Source of the DNA: Verrucomicrobiota bacterium
GTDB taxonomy: Bacteria > Verrucomicrobiota > Verrucomicrobiia > Chthoniobacterales > UBA10450
Assembly (NCBI GenBank): GCA_003218395.1
Contig: QHNJ01000163.1
Location: 1,676-65,675, forward strand
Length of the DNA: 64,000 bases
Direction of reading: 5' to 3'
Below, piece by piece: positions 47,843 to 54,623 of this stretch. Numbering within the stretch: position 1 is the first letter of the stretch; every line of letters starts with the position of its first letter. Position numbers and translations under genes: made by a program. Below the pieces are notes generated by a model, which saw nothing but the letters and a program-made list of their open reading frames with translations, was not told where the DNA came from and did no database searches.

Positions 47843-48069
47843 TTGGCCTCAAGATACTCTAAGGCTTTGTCGTAACTTTTACGCTCGAGGTAATGCTTCA
47901 GTCGCGGATCAATCGGCTGCGGAAGCGCTGCTTGCAAGCTGTCGATCTTCTCAGAAACCGCGCGCAATCGGGCGATGTGTTTCACTTCATCGCGACGGCT
48001 GTCTTCGTTATGAATAATCGCGAGGCGTTCTCGCAGAGCTTCTCTTAAATCGACAATTGCGCTTTCCAT
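47824..48069 (-). CDS. hypothetical small helical protein (C-terminal codons lie in the REP)
   Basis: 81-aa ORF, charged and helical in character, with no recognised family. The last residues (NCSGAL) are encoded by the REP at 47819-47842. Confidence 0.35.
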   Translation of the reverse strand: MESAIVDLREALRERLAIIHNEDSRRDEVKHIARLRAVSEKIDSLQAALPQPIDPRLKHYLERKSYDKALEYLEANCSGAL

Positions 48070-48080
48070 TTATTTAAGAA

Positions 48081-48164
48081 CCGCGGATTACACAGATTAA
48101 CACAGATAGAGAAATCGGCGCCTACAGATCGCTAATTATCCGTAATCATCCGGGAAATCCGTGG
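48081..48164. repeat. CACAGAT/CACGGAT-type hairpin repeat, second locus
   Basis: CCGCGGATTACACAGATTAACACAGATA faces TTATCCGTAATCATCCGGGAAATCCGTGG. Confidence 0.55.
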
Positions 48165-48206
48165 TTAAGAATGATTCCGAGCAAATCGGTCTGCGTGACA
48201 ACGGAT

Positions 48207-48590
48207 TCAGCGCGGGCCTGTTTCGGAGAGTAGCTGGCGTCTCGCTTCGAGCCAATCCGATTCAGCGTCGCCTGGCAGCGCGAACCTGCGGCGTCGCTCG
48301 GAAATGAAGTAGGCGCGCAACCGAATTTGCTCGTCCGTAGGCTCCGCTGTTCCGCCGGCCTCTGGCGGCATTGGAACCGTTGCTCTCTGCGCCGTTGCAA
48401 TTCTCTTATCATGCGCTCCTGGTTTCTTCGAGCCTGTTGGTGCGCGACGGGGACGAGGCGCTTTACCGCGCTTTGCTTCAGTAGGCAATCCGCTGGCTTC
48501 TAGTGGCCCTTGATTTTTGCTTTGGACAATTTTGCTCTTTTTGGGCACAGATTGATTGGTGTTAATGATTTCAATTCGTTTAACGCGCAT
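48207..48590 (-). CDS. DUF2934-domain protein
   Basis: The C-terminal EQIRLRAYFISERRR......GDAESDWLEARRQL matches the DUF2934 signature as I recall it. The N-terminus is basic and low in complexity. Confidence 0.55.
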   Translation of the reverse strand: MRVKRIEIINTNQSVPKKSKIVQSKNQGPLEASGLPTEAKRGKAPRPRRAPTGSKKPGAHDKRIATAQRATVPMPPEAGGTAEPTDEQIRLRAYFISERRRRFALPGDAESDWLEARRQLLSETGPR

Positions 48591-48653
48591 CGTCCGGTTG
48601 GCAAGTGCTTTCTCGCCGCCGGTTAGACGAGTGCTAAATTATAAATCTCCTGT

Positions 48654-49067
48654 ATGAGGCATTTCGTTTTTCGTTGGCTCGTGACGACTGTTGCCGTGTT
48701 TGTGGCGGCACCAATTGTGGGCATTAACTACGGCGATCGCCTCGGTTGCCTGCTGGGCGCTTCGCTTCTGCTCGGTATTGTGAACGCTTTTGTTCGTCCC
48801 GTGCTGTTGTTGTTGAGCCTACCATTGATTCTTGTGACGCTCGGTCTCTTCATTTTGATCATCAATGCGCTGATGTTGAAATTTGTCGGCCAGATCGTGC
48901 CCTGTTTTGAAGTGCCAGGCTTCTGGCCCGCTTTCTTCGGCGCAATCATAATTTCCTTCATCAGTTGGTTGCTCAGCGCTTTTTTTCGAGGAAGCGATGG
49001 ACGCGTTCATGTGCTAACGCACCACAGTCAAATCCGGCGTGTTCGCGGCCGGGTGATCGAGCGCTGA
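48654..49067 (+). CDS. phage-holin-IV / DUF360 family membrane protein
   Basis: Four TMs, with LLLGIVNAFVRPVLLLLSLPLILVTLGLFILIINALMLKFV typical of PF04020, from recollection. Confidence 0.6.
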   Translation: MRHFVFRWLVTTVAVFVAAPIVGINYGDRLGCLLGASLLLGIVNAFVRPVLLLLSLPLILVTLGLFILIINALMLKFVGQIVPCFEVPGFWPAFFGAIIISFISWLLSAFFRGSDGRVHVLTHHSQIRRVRGRVIER

Positions 49068-49082
49068 ACGCAACGCTTCTTG

Positions 49083-49685
49083 CTAACCGAGATATCGGCT
49101 CAGTCGCGAGCGCAGTTCTGTTCGTGCACGAAAGAGCACGCTTTTTACAGCGGGCACCGAAAGATCGAGGACCTCAGCGATTTGCTCGTAGCTAAGTTGC
49201 TCATATCGCCGCAACACCATGGCCATTCGTTGAGTCTCGGGAAGGTGCATAATCGCCTCCTCAATTGCTTTCCGCAGCTCGACTTCCAGGAGTGATGCGT
49301 CGGGGGCCGGGTTGCTCTCGTCCTTCAGGGCTGGTTCATCCGCGCTCGCCTCCGATTCCAGCGGAACCTGAGCCCTGCGCTTGGTCCGGCGCAATTCGTT
49401 GAACACGAGATTGCGGGTAATTTTTAGCAACCAGGTAGTGAATTTGGCGCGCGGGACGTATCGGCTGGCGCTTTTCCACACGCGGATAAAAACCTGCTGC
49501 GCGATGTCTTCCACGTCGGAGTTGCTGCCCAACATTCGGGCCACCGTGCCCGCCACCAAGGCTTGATGCCTTTCGACCAGTTCCTCAAACGCGCTCGTGT
49601 CGCCCTGGCTTACCAGCCGCATCAGTCGCACGTCCTCAGCGTCTTCCTCCGATCTCCCTTGATTTCCTGGATCGCCGGCAGCCAT
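49083..49685 (-). CDS. ECF-type RNA polymerase sigma-70 factor
   Basis: Region 2 (FEELVERHQALV...DVEDIAQQVFIRVW...F.TWL..ITRNLVFNELRR). Region 4 (LPETQRMAMVLRRYEQLSYEQIAEVLDLSVPAVKSVLFRAR). Confidence 0.88.
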   Translation of the reverse strand: MAAGDPGNQGRSEEDAEDVRLMRLVSQGDTSAFEELVERHQALVAGTVARMLGSNSDVEDIAQQVFIRVWKSASRYVPRAKFTTWLLKITRNLVFNELRRTKRRAQVPLESEASADEPALKDESNPAPDASLLEVELRKAIEEAIMHLPETQRMAMVLRRYEQLSYEQIAEVLDLSVPAVKSVLFRARTELRSRLSRYLG

Positions 49686-49824
49686 CGCTCAATTAGACGG
49701 TAGCATCAGGCGAAGCTTGCGAAAAATGTGACGAATCATTGCCATAGACGTTGCCATGGTTTTTGTTGCAAGCTGGAAGCGCCGTGTGCATTCTTGATGG
49801 CCAACGCATTGCCTTGGCTGCCCG

Positions 49825-50973
49825 ATGAATTATTTGCTTATTTCAAAAGAACTCAGGCCGATCGCCGAAAAAGTTGAGTCCGGGCAGCGAATCTCAGAGG
49901 CCGATGCGCTCGCGCTTTATCGCTCAAACGATCTGAACACCTTGGGCAGGATCGCCAACGTTTTGCGCGAGCGAAAAAACGGCAACTACGCGACCTACAT
50001 CCACAATCGTTACATCAATTACTCCAATATCTGCGTCCTTTCATGCCAGTTCTGCGCCTTCGCAGCGAAGAAACGTGACGCACACGCCTTCGAATACGCG
50101 ATCGACGAAATTATCGGTGCGGTCCGGGAGGCTTTGTCCCTTGGGATCACCGAAGTGCACATGGTTGGCGGGCTGCATCCCAGTTTGAAGATGGAGTGGT
50201 ACCTCGAGCTTTTACGGCGTCTTCGCGGCCTCAACTCGGATCTCCATATCAAAGCCTTTACCGCTATCGAAGTACGGCATTTTGCGCAGCGGATCTTTCG
50301 CATGTCGATCCGCGAAACGCTGGAAACATTGCGCGAAGCCGGTCTCGGCTCCATCACTGGCGGCGGCGCGGAGATTTTCGACCCCATTGTGCGCGACCAA
50401 ATCTGCCGCGGCAAAGAGACTGCCGCCGAATGGCTCGATGTGCATCGCACCTGGCACCAAATGGGTGGCCGCAGCACGTGCACCATGCTCTACGGCCATG
50501 TCGAGACATTCACTCAACGCGTTGATCATTTGCGCCAGCTTCGCAAATTGCAGGATGAGACCGGCGGTTTTACAGGTTTTATTCCGTTCGCGTTTGAGCC
50601 GCAGACGACCGTGCTTTCCCACATAAAACGCGCCTCGGCGTTCGAGCAGCTTCGAAATCTTGCCGTGAGTCGCATTTACCTCGATAACATCGACCATTTG
50701 ACTGCGTACTGGGTCAGCCTGGGATTGCCGCTCGCGCAGGTCTCGCTCAGCTACGGCGTGGATGATCTGCACGGCACAATTTTGGAGGAAAAGATTTTCC
50801 ATATGGCAGGGGCAACTACTCCGCAACAACAGACCGTAGCTGCGCTCGAACATGCCATCCGCGAAGCGGGCCGCGAACCGGTGCAACGCGACAGTTATTA
50901 TCGCCACATATCTCCGGACTCGACGTCTGAGAAACGCACATCCTCGACGCGACCGGAACTTGCCTGCGCGTAA
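49825..50973 (+). CDS. radical-SAM futalosine-pathway enzyme, MqnE/MqnC family (aminofutalosine synthase or cyclic dehypoxanthine futalosine synthase)
   Basis: CxxxCxxC cluster motif in NICVLSCQFCAF. CofH/MqnE-like features (HMVGGLHP, ...GGGAEIF, ...MLYGHVET, ...LQDETGGFTGFIPFAF). It is adjacent to mqnA. Confidence 0.72.
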   Translation: MNYLLISKELRPIAEKVESGQRISEADALALYRSNDLNTLGRIANVLRERKNGNYATYIHNRYINYSNICVLSCQFCAFAAKKRDAHAFEYAIDEIIGAVREALSLGITEVHMVGGLHPSLKMEWYLELLRRLRGLNSDLHIKAFTAIEVRHFAQRIFRMSIRETLETLREAGLGSITGGGAEIFDPIVRDQICRGKETAAEWLDVHRTWHQMGGRSTCTMLYGHVETFTQRVDHLRQLRKLQDETGGFTGFIPFAFEPQTTVLSHIKRASAFEQLRNLAVSRIYLDNIDHLTAYWVSLGLPLAQVSLSYGVDDLHGTILEEKIFHMAGATTPQQQTVAALEHAIREAGREPVQRDSYYRHISPDSTSEKRTSSTRPELACA

Positions 50974-51010
50974 ATGATAAGGCGCGACCGCCGGGCGCGC
51001 CGGGGAACGA

Positions 51011-51799
51011 ATGCTCCGCATCGGCTGCGTCAAATATCTTAATGCCCGTCCGCTTATTCGAGGGTGGCTAGGCCCTGTGGAATTCGATCATCCGTCGACG
51101 CTCGGCAAACGACTGGCGAACGGTGAGTTCGATGTCGCGCTTGTTTCCAGTTTCGAATTCTTGCGCAACCCGATTTATCGAATCGTTGACGACGTTTCCA
51201 TTTCGTCGGTCGGATCGGTTTACAGCGTGGTTGTCGCGCATCGCGGCGACATTTCTAAGATCGAAGAGATCGAACTTGATCCTGCATCGAAAACTGCAGT
51301 CAATCTTCTGCGTTGCCTACTCGCCGAGCTGGGATTCAATTGGCGTTTAATCCGAGGTGTTCTGGGGAGCACAGGCTGCCAGCCTGTCGTGTCCGGCAGC
51401 CTGCCGGACACGACAGCGTGGCTTCTCATTGGCGATCAAGCCATTCGTTTCCGTCAGAAACACGCCGGTGAATTTGATTTCTGGGATCTCGGCGAACAAT
51501 GGCGGAAACTTGTTGATCTTCCGTTCGTTTACGCGCTTTGGCTTGTTCGCCCTGAAGTTATTGATCCAAAACAAATCGCGGAGCGCCTGCGTGTCTTGCG
51601 CGATGAAAACCTGACCAATCTCGACGAGTTAATTGCGGCCGAAAAAGAATCCGATCACCAATTCTGTTCCCGCTATTACCGCAAACATCTTCAATTCAGC
51701 CTTGGAGAAAAAGAAAAGGAAGGTCTGCGAACGTTCGCGTACCTCTGTGCAAAGCACGGTCTACTTCCGAAGCGCGATCTCGCGTTCGATCTCGTGTAG
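51011..51799 (+). CDS. mqnA: chorismate dehydratase MqnA-like protein carrying an in-frame palindromic repeat insertion
   Basis: LRIGCVKYLNARPLI.G..........P..L...L..GEFDVALVSSFEFLRNP.YRIV, ...LLIGDQAIRF and ...DLG..W......PFVYALW resemble MqnA (DUF178). The segment GSTGCQPVVSGSLPDTT is encoded by hairpin repeats. Confidence 0.72.
   Translation: MLRIGCVKYLNARPLIRGWLGPVEFDHPSTLGKRLANGEFDVALVSSFEFLRNPIYRIVDDVSISSVGSVYSVVVAHRGDISKIEEIELDPASKTAVNLLRCLLAELGFNWRLIRGVLGSTGCQPVVSGSLPDTTAWLLIGDQAIRFRQKHAGEFDFWDLGEQWRKLVDLPFVYALWLVRPEVIDPKQIAERLRVLRDENLTNLDELIAAEKESDHQFCSRYYRKHLQFSLGEKEKEGLRTFAYLCAKHGLLPKRDLAFDLV
51371..51416 (+). repeat. double-hairpin REP-like element inside the mqnA coding sequence
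   Basis: ACAGGCTG-C-CAGCCTGT (51371-51387) overlaps CTGTCGTGTCCGGCAG-C-CTGCCGGACACGACAG (51384-51416, a 16-bp perfect stem). Confidence 0.75.
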
Positions 51800-51833
51800 C
51801 AAAATCAATCTGCCCTTGTGCCTGCCGCACCAG

Positions 51834-52340
51834 TCAACGTTTCGCCTCGCCGAAACCAAGGTCGAGATCGTTGAGCCGCCAGCCTAAACCTATAAAACGG
51901 AATCGGAGTTTGATTCCTTCCCGATCGACCACAAAGGTACGCGGGCCTGTAAAGAATGCGTATTTTACTTTTAACCAGTTTACAGATTTTCCCGTAGTGA
52001 ATCGGAACTGCTGTGGAGTCTGAAGGTTCCTTAGTGCGGCTGGATTAGAAAGAAGCGCCGCAATACCATCCGGGGTGGCATAAGCGTCAATGATCGCATC
52101 GATCAGCGTCGGCCCGAGTTTGCTCCATCGCTTGTGACTAGTCGTCGCGTGAGTGAACCGCGCGGCAAGTTGTTTCTTCAGCGATGCTCGAATAGCAGGA
52201 AAATCGACACGCGAATTGATCGCTGCGCTATCGCCGGATCGAAGCGCGACCGTGAAGCGCCAGAATGAAAAGTACGGTGAGGCGCCATAGAGGAGCAGAA
52301 GAACAATGCAGATGAGTGCGACCCAGCGGACAAGTCTCAT
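51834..52340 (-). CDS. DUF2939-like protein with N-terminal TM
   Basis: MRLVRWVALICIVLLLLYGASPYFSFWRFTVALRSGDSAAINSRVDFPAIRASLKKQL matches my recollection of DUF2939 N-termini. Confidence 0.5.
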   Translation of the reverse strand: MRLVRWVALICIVLLLLYGASPYFSFWRFTVALRSGDSAAINSRVDFPAIRASLKKQLAARFTHATTSHKRWSKLGPTLIDAIIDAYATPDGIAALLSNPAALRNLQTPQQFRFTTGKSVNWLKVKYAFFTGPRTFVVDREGIKLRFRFIGLGWRLNDLDLGFGEAKR

Positions 52341-52407
52341 TTGAAAACTCCGATCTTACTGACGAGAAGTGGCATATACCTAGCGTGAATCTGGAGGCGT
52401 CTCAAAG

Positions 52408-52788
52408 ATTAACGCGAAGGCACAGGCCCGATTTTCTTGCAGTACTGAAGAATTCGCCCGCTTCCCGGAGGCGACTTGAACTCTGTCGGCCGCGGACCAC
52501 CAGGCGGCCCCCCAGTAGGCGCGTTTGTGGGTTGCGTCGATGATCTCGTAATGCCGCGCGTCAGTTGAGCGGTTGTGATCGGTGATGAGGACCGTATTTC
52601 GCAGCACAGTTGCGGGCACAGACTTTCCGTTCACTACGGCGCGAGTCAATTGCCAGGTTCCAGACAACAGTTCCTAATTTCTCTGAGCGCCGGCAGATTG
52701 CGCGGTTGCGCTGCCTATTTCGCCATTTGCGCAGCAAGCGCTAATCGCGCCACGACGCCGATAGCCAAGATCGATATTGCTTTGATCA
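52408..52788 (-). pseudogene. decayed TIGR03067-like (PVC-type lipocalin-like) secreted protein gene
   Basis: On the minus strand: signal peptide MIKAISILAIGVVARLALAAQ, a frameshift, an in-frame TAG, then ELLSGTWQLTRAVVNGKSVP...YEIIDA. After a second frameshift at a C6/G6 run, ...RPTEFKSPPGSGRILQYCKK follows in another frame. Confidence 0.45.
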
Positions 52789-52900
52789 TGTGTGCCCTTT
52801 GCATTGAAAATCGCCATTTGTCGAGCGCAGCATGATTGCGAGTCAGACACATGCGATTCGCTGCATCTTGTCACGAAGTCATCCGCGATTAGGCTAATCG

Positions 52901-54543
52901 GTGCAATCCCGATGGATCGTTGCGCCGCCGGAGGAACTATACGGCGGACCAATTTCGTGGAATGAAATCTGTGGGTACGCATGTATCGCGCGGCTACTCA
53001 TGCGCAAAGGCTTCGCGAACGCGGAGGAAGTAGAAACGTTTCTGCGACCGCGTCTCAAATCATTAAGCGATCCGTCTTTGCTTCCAAACATGCAAGCGGC
53101 TGCGCAGCGAGTTCTTGCTGCGTTGGATCGGCATGAGCGGGTCGTTTTGTTCGGAGATTACGATGTCGATGGCGTGACCTCGATTGCACTCTTGACGGAG
53201 ATGTTGCGCGCTTACGGCGGCGCGCCGGAATTATTTTTGCCGCTGCGGATGGAGGAAGGTTACGGATTGAGTCCAGAAAGCGTCGAGCGGTGCCTGAAGC
53301 AGCATCATCCTCAACTCTTGATTGCAGTAGACTGCGGCACATCGTCCGTGAGTGAGATTGTCGATCTTACGCGACGCGGCGTGGACGTGATCGTGCTCGA
53401 TCACCATGAACCAAAATCGGCGTTGCCTGATTGCGTGGCGATCGTGAATCCGAAAATCGATCCGGAATCGCCGTTTCATTATCTGTGCAGTGTCGGAATC
53501 GTTTTTAAACTTTGTCACGCCCTTTTGAAAACGAGACCACTGTTTGATTTCGATCTTAAATCGAAACTCGATCTAGTGGCACTGGGCACAGTCGCGGACA
53601 TCGTCCCGTTGCGAGGGGAAAATCGGATTTTTGTCCGGCGTGGCGCGATTGAAATTACAAGACGGACGAGATCATTGGATTCCGACTCGGGCCGCGACTG
53701 AACGCAGCAGGACGATTGAGCACTGCTGAAAAGTCGTTGCAGCTTCTGCTTACCAAAGACGAAAACGAAGCCGGTGCGCTTGCTGACCTTCTCGACAAGC
53801 AAAATCGCGACCGGCAGGAAATCGAAAGGCAAGTGTTCATTGCAGCGGAAGAGCAGATCTGCCGTGATTTTGATCCGTTACGGGACGCGGCAATCGTGGT
53901 TGGAGCGCGCGAGTGGCATCCAGGCGTGGTGGGGATTGTGGCCTCGCGAATTTCGCGCAAATATCATCGGCCGACGATCGTGATCGGGTTCGAGGCAAAT
54001 GGCACTGGAAAAGGCAGTGGACGCAGCATCGAAGGGCTTAATCTGGTCGAAGCATTAGATCGCTGCGCTGAATCACTGGAAAAATTCGGCGGGCACGAAA
54101 TGGCGGCTGGCCTCACAATTCGCGAAGAGAAGATCGACGTGTTCGCGGCGGAATTTCGCCGGGTGACGCGCGAGCTGCTCTCGGATGATTACTTGCAACC
54201 GTGCCTCCGCATCGATCACGAGCTCGCGTTTTCGGAACTCACGGGCGATTTTCTCCAGTGGCACGAAATGCTCCAGCCATTCGGTAACGGGAATCCGGCG
54301 CCGCTTTTTTTTGCGCGCGAAGTCGAGCCGGTCATGCCGCCGCAGGAGGTAAAGGAGAAGCATCTCATTTTGCGCCTGCGCCAGGGGAATTACCATCGGC
54401 GCGCAGTTTACTTCGATTCGGCAAATCTCTCACTGCCGCCGGCGCCCTGGGACATTGCCTTTCGCATCCGCGCGGATGAATACGAAGGCGAAACTACGCT
54501 GGGCATGCGGATCGAGGCCGTGCGAAAAGCGGAGCAAATTTGA
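52901..54543 (+). pseudogene. recJ: single-stranded-DNA-specific exonuclease RecJ, interrupted (short deletion plus frameshift at about 53645-53660)
   Basis: ORF1 carries the DHH motifs (VVLFGDYDVDGVTS, ...IAVDCGTSS, ...VIVLDHHE, ...LDLVALGTVADIVPL.GENR). ORF2 resumes in frame +1 with (I)IGFRLGPRLNAAGRL...NRDRQEIE...GWHPGVVGIVASR. About 15-20 aa expected between them are absent. Confidence 0.8.
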
Positions 54544-54573
54544 ATGATCACGCCCACGAAAAGTAGAAAAAGG

Positions 54574-54620
54574 CTTCGCGGCAAGCTGCCGCGAACAACA
54601 GGCTGGCAGCCTGCGCTCCC
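54574..54620 (-). repeat. double-hairpin REP-like element (same family as in mqnA, opposite orientation) abutting the recG start codon
   Basis: TTCGCGGCA-AGC-TGCCGCGAA (54575-54595) plus ACAGGCTGGCAGCCTG (54598-54613). Its reverse complement shares CAGGCTGCCAGCCTGT 16/16 with the mqnA copy. The second stem differs by compensatory changes. Confidence 0.7.
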
Positions 54621-54623
54621 CAG

